Assembly: GCA_963678445.1 (NCBI GenBank)
Contig: OY782877.1
Coordinates: 566,528-630,527 of the forward strand
Direction of reading: 5' to 3'
From: Candidatus Hydrogenedentota bacterium
GTDB taxonomy: Bacteria > Hydrogenedentota > Hydrogenedentia > Hydrogenedentales > G963678445
DNA length: 64,000 nt
Made by a program: the position numbers and the translations under genes. Under the pieces are notes generated by a model. It was given only the letters and a program-made list of their open reading frames with translations. It did no database searches and was not told where the DNA came from. Shown piece by piece: positions 38,938 to 47,837 of this stretch (its first letter is position 1; each line of letters begins with the position of its first letter).

Positions 38938-40040
38938 ACGCCAATACTATCTAGCATACCCCCGTAAAAACGGGACCAGAATGTTATCACGACACCGCCA
39001 ACGACAGCGCCGACAATGATCAAAATCAATATCCCCAGAATGACCAAAGCGGCCTTAACCGCAGCGTTAGCCTCAGCCAGATGGTATTCTGACACTTTTC
39101 GAAGAGCCTCTTCCAGCTTGCCGGATTGTTCGCCCACCATCAACATTTCGCGGGCCATGGGGGTAAAGGTGCGACTGGTGGAGAAGGCTTGCACCAGAGT
39201 ACAGCCGTCTTTGACAAGGGGAACCGACTGTAAAAGGTCGCGCTGGATATAAGGATTGGCGGTTGCCGCAGCAGACTGTTCAATGCACCGAATGATAGGC
39301 ATACCGCTTCCAATAAGCAGAGAAAGACTACGAAAAAAACGGGACAAGGCGAACTTATGGGTAATCTTCTTAAGCGGCCACAGAGTATTGGTCACCCATC
39401 CTACAATCCATTTCAGCACCCCCATACGAGACAGGAATACTGCAAAGCCCATGAATAACAACGCGAGAAATATCGCCTGCACCTGGAAGAACGCATACTT
39501 GCTCAAATACCCCGACAACGAAAAAACAGTCCGTCCACTTAAATCGAGAGAACTAAGCAAACCCAAAGCGAACGTTCCCAGAAACCATGCCGCCAGCAAT
39601 TGCAGCACAGGATAGATCAACGCCAACAGAACAACGCGTTGCATCTGCACACGATCCTCGTAAAAATCGGCCAGATCACGCAGCATCACATCCAGCTTGC
39701 CACCCTGTTCCCCTGAACGAAACAACTCAACCAGAAATTGTGGCAAATGGGGCTGTTGGCTATTTGCAGCTTCACCAAGGGAGGCCCCTTGCATAACAGC
39801 ACTCGACATACCCTCCAAGACCGTACGCGCCTGTTTATCCTGTGCGTGCAAACGCGCCATATCCAGAGAGCGTACAATAGGGATGCCGGCATCGTAGGAG
39901 GTTGCCAATTGACGGCACAGGACTGCCAGATGCTTCGCAGAGATTTCTTTGGAAAAAACGCCCACCGTACCTCTCCTTTCTAGCCGCATTAAGGTCTTCA
40001 CACAGGAAACATTGTAGCAAACCCATTTTATAGAGACCAA
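38934..40040 (-). CDS. type II secretion / type IV pilus platform protein, GspF/PilC family
   Basis: Two T2SS-F-like halves (..LCRQLATSYDAGIPIVRSL.. and ..FFRSLSLLIGSGMPIIRCIE..) with TM helices. Start uncertain. Confidence 0.75.
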   Translation of the reverse strand: MVSIKWVCYNVSCVKTLMRLERRGTVGVFSKEISAKHLAVLCRQLATSYDAGIPIVRSLDMARLHAQDKQARTVLEGMSSAVMQGASLGEAANSQQPHLPQFLVELFRSGEQGGKLDVMLRDLADFYEDRVQMQRVVLLALIYPVLQLLAAWFLGTFALGLLSSLDLSGRTVFSLSGYLSKYAFFQVQAIFLALLFMGFAVFLSRMGVLKWIVGWVTNTLWPLKKITHKFALSRFFRSLSLLIGSGMPIIRCIEQSAAATANPYIQRDLLQSVPLVKDGCTLVQAFSTSRTFTPMAREMLMVGEQSGKLEEALRKVSEYHLAEANAAVKAALVILGILILIIVGAVVGGVVITFWSRFYGGMLDSIGV

Positions 40041-40215
40041 TACCTTAGGCTAACGCTATAACATAAACAATCAAAAAGACAGAAGCGTTATCGCCCCCCC
40101 AAGATAACCACCTCGCGTGGCGCTACACCTATGTGCGGTAATCCCCCTTACAGAACCTCTTCCTATACGCCTGAGAGCTGTCAAAACAGACAAAAGTGGT
40201 GCCATTGGTCAAGAC

Positions 40216-40259
40216 AAAAAACACGAGCCAATGACTAGAATTTGCCAAGTCATTGGCTC
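40216..40259 (-). terminator. rho-independent terminator of the original tRNA-Val locus
   Basis: Minus strand: GAGCCAATGACT-(11 nt)-AGTCATTGGCTC, a perfect 12-bp stem, followed by GTGTTTTTTG. It lies 12 nt downstream of the displaced tRNA 3' end. Confidence 0.6.
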
Positions 40260-40271
40260 GCAAGATATCAC

Positions 40272-40319
40272 TAATGGTGGGCGGTACTGGACTCGAACCA
40301 GTGACCCCCTGCGTGTAAG
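40272..40319 (-). repeat. attL: displaced 3' part of tRNA-Val (anticodon loop to CCA, plus 3 nt)
   Basis: 48 bp, taatggtgggcggtactggactcgaaccagtgaccccctgcgtgtaag, identical to 53429..53476. Confidence 0.85.
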
Positions 40320-40619
40320 TCATGCACAGCCGAGTAACTTTTTATGCAACACCCCGCTTGATACCGTTACCGCTTACCCTTAGAAATCCCCACCTTGCAC
40401 CCGAATGTGCAGCTTTGCAACAAAGTGCAGAAAAACTGTTGTAAAAATTGTTGTAGTTGCCCCACACTTATCCCTAATCTTGCACTCTAATTAAGGATAC
40501 CATTTCATGAGGGTTACAGCAATAAAGCAAATATTGTGGATTCTCTACAGAACCTATACACTTTAATAAGGGTTACCGGTTCGTATTGAGATGCGATTCA
40601 TACATGGGGAACACAATAC

Positions 40620-42926
40620 ATGGATTTTCTCGGAAAAATTCTCGAAAAAATCATTCCTGAGTCTTGGTACTTAACATGCAGAGCACATCCTGCTATTTCT
40701 CTAACAATCCTAGCTCTTTTCGTGCTCCTTATTTGGGGGATAAAAACCTACTTTTCCCGCCTTAAAAACGTTCCTTCAAAACAGAATGTTAAAAACAGCA
40801 TAAACAAAAGCACGGTTCAGAATCACGGAATCCTCCAGCAAGGCGACCATGCTACCGCTACGTATATTAAACACCAGGAAAACCATTTTGAAGGTCCGAA
40901 AGAAGGCCTGGACAGACTCAATGCTGCTATTGAACATTTAAAAAAAGCATTGAAAGAAGAAAAAGATAGCACTCAAAAACTGAGGATTTCCGCTGAAATC
41001 AATCACTTAGAACAAAAAAGGGAGAAATGGAAAAAAGCCCTTGTTCGGCTTACAGAAAGCTTCCGAAGAACCCCTATTGATACAGAACGTCTGGAACAAG
41101 CAAAAGCGCTTTTCAATAAAGAGCAATTGCAAAAAGCAGATACCGTTCTCAAAGAAGAAACCTTAGAGCAGGATTTATTGCAGCTGGAAAAAGAGGAAAA
41201 GTGGGGAGAACAGATAACCGCCAATGCACGAAAGCAAAAAAAACAACTTGCCAACGAGTATCTCATCAAGGCCCAATTACGCATTACATTTTATGATAGA
41301 CCCCATCGGATAGAAGAGGCCTGTGGCTTTTTCGAAAAAGCTCTTCGTGCCAGCAGGACCCCTGAAATCCTTTTCGAATATGCACGATTCCTTCAGGAGC
41401 ATAACCACCACCTAAAAAAGGTAGCAGGTTTATATGAGGAAGCGCTGCGGTATTACCGAGAACTAGCATCGACGAATCCCGAAAAATTCCTGCCCGATGT
41501 GGCGACTACGCTCAACAATCTCGCCATTCTTCAAAAAGATCTACAGGAGTACCCCTCGGCCCGTGCATCCTATGAGGAAGCGCTAAAAATACGCAGAGAA
41601 CTAGCATCGGCGAATCCCGAAAAATTCCTGCCCTATGTGGCGACTACGCTCAACAATCTCGCAAATCTTCAATCAGATTTACAGGATTACCCCTCGGCCC
41701 GTGCATCCTATGAGGAAGCGCTGAGGTATTACCGAGAACTAGCATCGGCGAATCCCGAAAAATTCCTGCCCTATGTGGCGACTACGCTCAACAATCTCGG
41801 TCTTTTGCAAAAAGACCTACAGGATTACCCCTCGGCCCGTGCATCCTATGAGGAAGCGCTGAGGTATTACCGAGAACTAGCATCGGCGAATCCCGAAAAA
41901 TTCCTGCCCGATGTGGCTATGACGCTCAACAATCTCGCAAATCTTCAATCAGATTTACAGGATTACCCCTCAGCCCGTGCATCCTATGAGGAAGCGCTGA
42001 GGTATTACCGAGAACTAGCATCGGCGAATCCCGAAAAATTCCTGCCCGATGTGGCGACTACGCTCAACAATCTCGGTCTTTTGCAAAAAGACCTACAGGA
42101 TTACCCCTCGGCCCGTGCATCCTATGAGGAAGCGCTAAAAATACGCAGAGAACTAGCATCGGCGAATCCCGAAAAATTCCTGCCCTATGTGGCGACTACG
42201 CTCAACAATCTCGGTCTTTTGCAAAAAGACCTACAGGATTACCCCTCGGCCCGTGCATCCTATGAGGAAGCGCTGAAAATACGCAGAGAACTAGCATCGG
42301 CGAATCCAGAAAAATTCCTGCCCGATGTGGCGGGTACGCTCAACAATCTCGGTGCTCTTCAATCAGATTTACAGGATTACCCCTCGGCCCGTGCATCCTA
42401 TGAGGAAGCGCTGAAAATACGCAGAGAACTAGCATCGGCGAATCCCGAAAAATTCCTGCCCGATGTGGCGGGTACGCTCAACAATCTCGGTGCTCTTCAA
42501 TCAGATTTACAGGATTACCCCTCGGCCCGTGCATCCTATGAGGAAGCGCTGAGGTATTACCGAGAACTAGCATCGGCGAATCCCGAAAAATTCCTGCCCT
42601 ATGTGGCGGGTACGCTCAACAATCTCGCAAATCTTCAATCAGATTTACAGGATTACCCCTCGGCCCGTGCATCCTATGAGGAAGCGCTGAAAATACGCAG
42701 AGAACTAGCATCGGCGAATCCCGAAAAATTCCTGCCCTATGTGGCGACTACGCTCATAAATATGGGCATCTTTTACCTAGAGGGCCTGTCGAACCGGGAA
42801 AAGTCTATCGCGGCAGCCCGGGAAGCTATTGAAATTCTCACGCCCATACAGCATATACGCCCCGCATACAAAAAGTGGATAGACATGTCTCGCCTAATAT
42901 TAAAGAAAAATGGAGTTAACGAATAA
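40620..42926 (+). CDS. prophage cargo: membrane-anchored coiled-coil protein with ten 46-aa kinesin-light-chain-type TPR repeats
   Basis: N-terminal TM helix (AISLTILALFVLLIWGI), a K/E/Q-rich coiled coil, then 10 x [ASYEEAL(RYY|KIR)RELASANPEKFLP(Y|D)VA(T|G|M)TLNNL..LQ(S|K)DLQDYPSAR]. Confidence 0.8.
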   Translation: MDFLGKILEKIIPESWYLTCRAHPAISLTILALFVLLIWGIKTYFSRLKNVPSKQNVKNSINKSTVQNHGILQQGDHATATYIKHQENHFEGPKEGLDRLNAAIEHLKKALKEEKDSTQKLRISAEINHLEQKREKWKKALVRLTESFRRTPIDTERLEQAKALFNKEQLQKADTVLKEETLEQDLLQLEKEEKWGEQITANARKQKKQLANEYLIKAQLRITFYDRPHRIEEACGFFEKALRASRTPEILFEYARFLQEHNHHLKKVAGLYEEALRYYRELASTNPEKFLPDVATTLNNLAILQKDLQEYPSARASYEEALKIRRELASANPEKFLPYVATTLNNLANLQSDLQDYPSARASYEEALRYYRELASANPEKFLPYVATTLNNLGLLQKDLQDYPSARASYEEALRYYRELASANPEKFLPDVAMTLNNLANLQSDLQDYPSARASYEEALRYYRELASANPEKFLPDVATTLNNLGLLQKDLQDYPSARASYEEALKIRRELASANPEKFLPYVATTLNNLGLLQKDLQDYPSARASYEEALKIRRELASANPEKFLPDVAGTLNNLGALQSDLQDYPSARASYEEALKIRRELASANPEKFLPDVAGTLNNLGALQSDLQDYPSARASYEEALRYYRELASANPEKFLPYVAGTLNNLANLQSDLQDYPSARASYEEALKIRRELASANPEKFLPYVATTLINMGIFYLEGLSNREKSIAAAREAIEILTPIQHIRPAYKKWIDMSRLILKKNGVNE
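41433..42765 (+). repeat. 10 tandem copies of a 138-bp coding repeat inside the TPR gene
   Basis: tatgaggaagcgct recurs with a 138-bp period (for example 41571 and 41709). Copies are near-identical apart from a few cassette-like positions. Confidence 0.9.
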
Positions 42927-42950
42927 CGGTTCTTCTTTGTAGGGATACGT

Positions 42951-43238
42951 CTAGGTCAATAATCGGCTTTCTACGTATTCGTCGAGGTCGCGTTTTCGGA
43001 AGACGACGCTACTGCGTCCGGCGTCACCGAATTTGGCGCGTTTTATTTTGCCTTCGTAAGATAGGGAATCCAGTTGGCGTAGGCTGATACGCAGGTAGTC
43101 TGCGGCTTCGTCGCGGGTGAAGTATTCTTGTTGTGGGGCGGTGCCGCTTAATGTGTTAAGGCGCATTCCTAAGTCTTCAATCGTGCCGGTCAATCGTTCG
43201 AAGTATTCGGCCAGTTCTGCCGCGGTTACTATCTCCAT
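42951..43238 (-). CDS. excisionase-family / MerR-like helix-turn-helix DNA-binding protein
   Basis: 95 aa. ..YFTRDEAADYLRISLRQLDSLSYEGKIKRAKFG..VVFRKRDLDEYV matches the HTH_17/excisionase pattern. Immediately downstream of Rep. Confidence 0.6.
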   Translation of the reverse strand: MEIVTAAELAEYFERLTGTIEDLGMRLNTLSGTAPQQEYFTRDEAADYLRISLRQLDSLSYEGKIKRAKFGDAGRSSVVFRKRDLDEYVESRLLT

Positions 43239-43242
43239 TGCG

Positions 43243-44643
43243 CTATGCCTCCATTACGCAGAAGTTGCCGTTTGTCCAGTCGAATTCGTATTGCAAATCT
43301 TCGTTGTACCAGTGGAATTGCGGTGCTTTATGGCCTTGGTATTGCATGTTTTGCTTGATACCTTTGTTAATGGCCTTGTCGATGGTCCGGTCCCAGTAGT
43401 CGTCGCCTTCGTATTTTAGGAGTTCCGACATGGCTACAAACATGTCGCTTAGAAAGCCTTGGGTGTCGGTGTTGAGGGAGCCGGTATCTTCGAATTGTGC
43501 AGCGGAGAGGCACCCTATGGCCTGTTTAATCAGGGCCTTTGCTTTGGCCTTGCAGCGCTTCACGCGGGTAACGATTTCGCCGACGGTCCCTGTCCATGAC
43601 TTGAAGGCTTCTCTCACTTTGGTCCACAGGGGGTGTTCTTCGCCTTTGTCTTGGTTGCGGTTCTGGCGGTCGACGTCGTTTTTGTGGAGCCTGACCCAGT
43701 TTGTTAGCACATATTCGGCAATACCTGGCTTTTCGCGTTCGTAGTCGTCGTAGCTGTTGATACCCATTTCTTTAAGAACGGGCCGTCTGAGCTGAATTTC
43801 GACGCGTACGGCCTTGTCTGGATTATCCCGGTAACGGTATTTGCAAAGGTAGTCCCATTTTAAGCCTTTGCGCTTGGTTTCTAGTGCTTTTTCGTAGATA
43901 CGTAAAAGTATGTCACCTTTTCCTATCTGAACGCCTGATTTCTTCCAGTCGCGGAAGTAAACGCTTCCGAAGCGGGCGCGGGTGACGAAGTGCTTCTCCC
44001 AAAAGGCGTCACAGAATTCGGTTATATCCAATCCCGGCAGATCTACACACAAATCCACACGGGACACTTGAAGCTCCTGTAAACGGCCACCGATAGAGGA
44101 TAGTATTGCTTCGATGTGCTTTTTCAAGCCATGAGACTTATAGAACATGCATACAAGACTCCCGGCCAAAATACGAACGTTGAAGCATCCCGGTTCGCCG
44201 CCGGACTTGTCTTGGATGGCAAAGACGATACCGCCCGCCTCGAGTTTGTATTTTGCGTAGCCGTATCCGAACCCGGAGCCGTTGGGATGCACCAGAAAAT
44301 TCTGGTCATAGACTTTCAGCGGGACCAGCTCACCGGTAAGGATGGAATCAAGACGGCCACCCTCAAAAATAGAGCGCAGGTCACGCCAGTGACGCCACGT
44401 AACGGATGCATTGAGTATCATCATATCTTCTCCACCCGTTTCCCCTTTTTCCTCCCCCTTACGAGTAGAGGGGGGCGTGATACTGGATTCGCCCCCCATC
44501 CGCAAATCTAAGTCCCCATTGCTAAACATTTCATTCAACATGTCGAGTCTCCTTTTTTTGGGGTCGGGGTGTGCGCTCTTTTTCCGCACAGCGTTGCGCC
44601 TCGCTCGGCCGCTCGGCACTCCGCTGTATGTAAAAGTCGCCAC
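43243..44643 (-). CDS. rolling-circle replication initiation protein, Rep_trans-like
   Basis: ..LQVSRVDLCVDLPG.., ..GKGDILLRIYEKALE.. and ..AVRVEIQLRR.. resemble the conserved blocks of the replication initiation factor family used by many inoviruses and pT181-type plasmids. Confidence 0.6.
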   Translation of the reverse strand: MATFTYSGVPSGRARRNAVRKKSAHPDPKKRRLDMLNEMFSNGDLDLRMGGESSITPPSTRKGEEKGETGGEDMMILNASVTWRHWRDLRSIFEGGRLDSILTGELVPLKVYDQNFLVHPNGSGFGYGYAKYKLEAGGIVFAIQDKSGGEPGCFNVRILAGSLVCMFYKSHGLKKHIEAILSSIGGRLQELQVSRVDLCVDLPGLDITEFCDAFWEKHFVTRARFGSVYFRDWKKSGVQIGKGDILLRIYEKALETKRKGLKWDYLCKYRYRDNPDKAVRVEIQLRRPVLKEMGINSYDDYEREKPGIAEYVLTNWVRLHKNDVDRQNRNQDKGEEHPLWTKVREAFKSWTGTVGEIVTRVKRCKAKAKALIKQAIGCLSAAQFEDTGSLNTDTQGFLSDMFVAMSELLKYEGDDYWDRTIDKAINKGIKQNMQYQGHKAPQFHWYNEDLQYEFDWTNGNFCVMEA

Positions 44644-44710
44644 GCCTCCGCCTAAAAAACTTTGAAATCTCCACCTTGACTAACTTCGTTTGATGTGTGG
44701 GGATTTTTTT

Positions 44711-44849
44711 GGGGTTGGTTGGAAGAAAAAATTATCGAGTGCACCGTGGTGTGTGTACGAAATTGATTTTATTTGGGTCGGGGCGCTCTCGTTGTTCGCT
44801 CATGAAGTGTGTCAAAAACGGTTTTTCTTTTTTTCTCCGAACCAACCCC
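44711..44849. promoter_or_regulatory. long inverted repeat in the pIV-Rep intergenic region (candidate packaging signal / origin hairpin)
   Basis: ggggttggttggaagaaaaaa (44711-44731) pairs with tttttttctccgaaccaacccc (44828-44849), an ~18-of-21 match, enclosing 96 nt. Confidence 0.4.
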
Positions 44850-44913
44850 GGAAGGAAATTACACATCAACCTACGTTCGTAAAGGTTGTATTTAAAACTT
44901 TTTTCTTAACGGC

Positions 44914-46164
44914 TCAGCTTTGTGCGCCTGCTTGCGTTTGTATGCGTTCGACTTTGGCCCATACGCGCAGAATTCCGTTTCTATGCTGTTTTGTGCGGGT
45001 CAATCCTGCAAAGCCGCTTGTAGTGTTTGTGGCGCTGGAGCGTTGGAGGCTGCCGAGGAGGTACACGCCGCCGGAGGCTATCACGGTTTCGCCGGTGAGC
45101 ACGTCTTTGGTTTCGATGGGTATGCTTTCGTCTACGTAACCGGAGACTTCGCCTAGTTGCAGGTCGTAGACCAGGCTGGCTTGTTCTCGGCCCCAGTCGC
45201 GGAGGGATACGGCGAAATTAAAGCCGACGTCTACATTCTGGTATCCGGAGACTGAGACAGCACCGGTTTCTGAGGTGGTGTATTGTGGGACGGGAATGCT
45301 TTCTACTTTCTGCAAGGAAGCCTTGCCGCCATCGACCAAAAGCAGAAGGGGACGCGCAACTATACGCACGTCAGAGCGTTCTATTTCGCATCGCAGGGCG
45401 GCGTCCAGCTCGGCTTTGTAATTCGTGGCGCTGTCCACATCAGAGAGCAACACGGCCAGCCGTATATCGTCCTGGATGTCCAATCCGGTTGTTTTGATGT
45501 CGGTGTTCGTCTCTTGCAAAAGGTACAGCTGAACAGCCCACACACTGACATCGAGGCTCTGAAGCTTTTGCACTATCTCCGCCGCTTTTCGTATGGCTTC
45601 TATTTCGTCGGCAACAATGACGCTACCATCTTGCAGTACGGTTACAACGCCTTGCTCGGTTTTGACGGCGTTAAGCACGGGTTCTATTTCGTCGACTTTG
45701 GCGCGGAGCACTTTTCCTACGAAGTAAGCCCTATCGGTTTTCTTCGGTTCACCGAGAAAGTAGAGACGTCCGTATTCGGCAAGGCTAACGTTAAGACGTC
45801 GTGCAACCACCATAAGCACGTCTTTTGCGGGGATATCTTCCACGCTCAAGGAAATTAGGCTTTCGTCAAGCGCTTCGGCCCAGACCACAGAAAGCCCGGT
45901 GTCACTGGCGAATTGTCGCAGGAATGCACCCACAGTCATGGATTCGACGCGGTAGCTGCAGGTTTCATTGCTAGCTGTCTCCGTGGGTAACGTCGTCGAC
46001 TGATTGACCTTTGCCTGCTGATATATCTGTTCCCAGTGCGGGGATTGCGCCGAGGACGGACCGGCGTTTACGCTGTGTTGGCAGCCCGCCAACAAAAACC
46101 CGAGTAAGGTCAGTAAATACAATATAACCGCCGTTTCGATTAACTTCCTTGACCGTCTTCCCAT
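44914..46164 (-). CDS. secretin (phage pIV-like), predicted lipoprotein
   Basis: C-terminal secretin domain (..IVARPLLLLVDGGKASLQKVESIPV..YQNVDVGFNFAVSL..TGETVIASGGVYLLGSL..). N-terminus MGRRSRKLIETAVILYLLTLLGFLLAGC carries a lipobox (LAGC). Confidence 0.75.
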   Translation of the reverse strand: MGRRSRKLIETAVILYLLTLLGFLLAGCQHSVNAGPSSAQSPHWEQIYQQAKVNQSTTLPTETASNETCSYRVESMTVGAFLRQFASDTGLSVVWAEALDESLISLSVEDIPAKDVLMVVARRLNVSLAEYGRLYFLGEPKKTDRAYFVGKVLRAKVDEIEPVLNAVKTEQGVVTVLQDGSVIVADEIEAIRKAAEIVQKLQSLDVSVWAVQLYLLQETNTDIKTTGLDIQDDIRLAVLLSDVDSATNYKAELDAALRCEIERSDVRIVARPLLLLVDGGKASLQKVESIPVPQYTTSETGAVSVSGYQNVDVGFNFAVSLRDWGREQASLVYDLQLGEVSGYVDESIPIETKDVLTGETVIASGGVYLLGSLQRSSATNTTSGFAGLTRTKQHRNGILRVWAKVERIQTQAGAQS

Positions 46165-47518
46165 AGTAACCGGTTTCTGTGAGAGTATCTCCCACCATGT
46201 AACTTGCTCCACTTTCAAAGACTGCATAGTTGTTTCCTTCCGGGTTTTCGCCCAACATCACAAGGCGTGAGGCTTCGTTTTTGAGACGGTCTACTTCGTC
46301 ACGCAGGCTGTCGATTTCGGCGTAGAGCACTTCACGTTCAAGAATGACTTGCGGCATGTCCTTTGCCCGGTACTCCCGAACGCCTTCTACGTCGAAATCG
46401 GTTCGTACTAAAACAGGGTTCAGGTCCATGAGCTTTTCTGCGTCGCCCTTTTCGATTTCAACGGTTCCAGATTCGATAGCGCCGTCCAAGTCTGGCTTGC
46501 TTTCCGTTTCCGCGCCTTCAACCATTGCAGCCCCGGCTGTCATGGATTCCATAGAGGAAACAAAGCATTCAATTCCCATGACCAGCCCGCCACCGAAAAA
46601 AAACCAGACGCCCAGAAGCAGCAATACAACACGGGAAGAGAGCGCCCAGGCGTTTCTACTGATAAACCAAGCCAATAACCCCGGCCAGCTCCGCCGTTCC
46701 CATTGCTTTTGCGAGGGCTTAGCTACCTTTTCGTAGGACTCACCTGGGGAAACCGCGCCGGCCGGCGCTTCGCCAGGCGTTTCTTTTCCTACATCTTGGT
46801 AACTTTCGTTTTCTTCACGTTGACGGCGGTGGGGCTTGGCGTAGGAGTTGTACAGCTCGTAGTAACGCGGCGTAGGGTAGATGCGCTTGGAAAGTCCAGT
46901 CTTTACCCACTTCCGGTCTACCTTGCGTTTTTCGATTTGCCAGATACAGGGAGACCAGTAGCCAATAGCCTTGGCCTTCAGTTCGTACCAGTCGCCCATC
47001 TGGATTTTAAAAAGTGGGTCGCGCTCGGTTTCTTGATTGACCAGTTCGACCCGGAGGCCGACCATATTGACCAGACGCTTATCCACTGAATCTAAGTCTT
47101 GCGTCAGGAATTCAATCGTTGCACCATCGTGACGGATTTCCGCTATCCATTCCCGCCATAAGCGCCGCCGTTCCACTTCGCCGGTCTTGGGTGCGTAGTG
47201 ATGGAACTCATCGAACTGCAGATGTGCGCCCGCAAGGTCTGCGGCGTCCATTTCCCAGGGCCCCTGAACGCTACCCTCTTTAGTCCAGGCGTTCACCGTT
47301 TCGCGGTCGATGACTTGTATGCGCCGCCGTACTATATCCTCTGATATTTTGTGACGCTTGGCGGCTTCAATAACAATCTCATCCACGTTGAGAGGAATGG
47401 TGGTGTAGAGGACACCGGAATGCTCCGGTAGCCATTCATCCATGACGAAGGCCGGACCGCGTGAATACGACTTATAGCCACCCATCGGGGCAGTTGTCAG
47501 ATATGCAACAGTATTCAT
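45971..47518 (-). CDS. Zot / pI-like filamentous-phage assembly protein
   Basis: N-terminal NTPase-like domain (..YLTTAPMGGYKSY.., ..HLQFDEFHHY..), a central TM helix (..LLLLGVWFFFGGGLVMGI..) and a periplasmic C-terminus. Positioned between the pVI-like and pIV-like genes. Confidence 0.65.
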   Translation of the reverse strand: MNTVAYLTTAPMGGYKSYSRGPAFVMDEWLPEHSGVLYTTIPLNVDEIVIEAAKRHKISEDIVRRRIQVIDRETVNAWTKEGSVQGPWEMDAADLAGAHLQFDEFHHYAPKTGEVERRRLWREWIAEIRHDGATIEFLTQDLDSVDKRLVNMVGLRVELVNQETERDPLFKIQMGDWYELKAKAIGYWSPCIWQIEKRKVDRKWVKTGLSKRIYPTPRYYELYNSYAKPHRRQREENESYQDVGKETPGEAPAGAVSPGESYEKVAKPSQKQWERRSWPGLLAWFISRNAWALSSRVVLLLLGVWFFFGGGLVMGIECFVSSMESMTAGAAMVEGAETESKPDLDGAIESGTVEIEKGDAEKLMDLNPVLVRTDFDVEGVREYRAKDMPQVILEREVLYAEIDSLRDEVDRLKNEASRLVMLGENPEGNNYAVFESGASYMVGDTLTETGYYGKTVKEVNRNGGYIVFTDLTRVFVGGLPTQRKRRSVLGAIPALGTDISAGKGQSVDDVTHGDS

Positions 47519-47522
47519 AGGC

Positions 47523-47825
47523 TTAACTCAGGGTGGGAATGTGTTTTTTAATCGTGCGGTAGGTGAACACTAGAATCTGAATATTTAGGTAGATGACAAA
47601 AAGCCCCAAAGCAAAATCGAGCGGAAACCAATAGTTAGCAATTTTTAAGTAAGGGGCTAACTCTTCTACATGAACGTTTTCAAAGACAGGGAGTTTTTCC
47701 AAAATAAACGAAAAAAGATTCGTTAAAATAGGCTCAATTTTTGCGATGAGAAAACGAACAAAATCCTCTAAGGTCTTCAGAAGCCATCCACAAAAATCTT
47801 TGTACCAGTCTGTCATGAAATCCAT
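47523..47825 (-). CDS. pVI-like minor virion/membrane protein, 100 aa
   Basis: Small hydrophobic protein sitting between the pIII-like and pI-like genes, as gene VI does in Ff. Assigned by position and size only. Confidence 0.4.
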   Translation of the reverse strand: MDFMTDWYKDFCGWLLKTLEDFVRFLIAKIEPILTNLFSFILEKLPVFENVHVEELAPYLKIANYWFPLDFALGLFVIYLNIQILVFTYRTIKKHIPTLS

Positions 47826-47837
47826 AAAATCTACTTT

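Noticed and set aside
40320-40619. Clustered ttgcac/gtgcag and tgttgta motifs next to attL, considered as integrase or excisionase arm sites.
   Set aside because: This is plausible, but the motifs are short and I cannot show matching sites near attR. It is mentioned here only as a pointer for anyone analysing the att regions.
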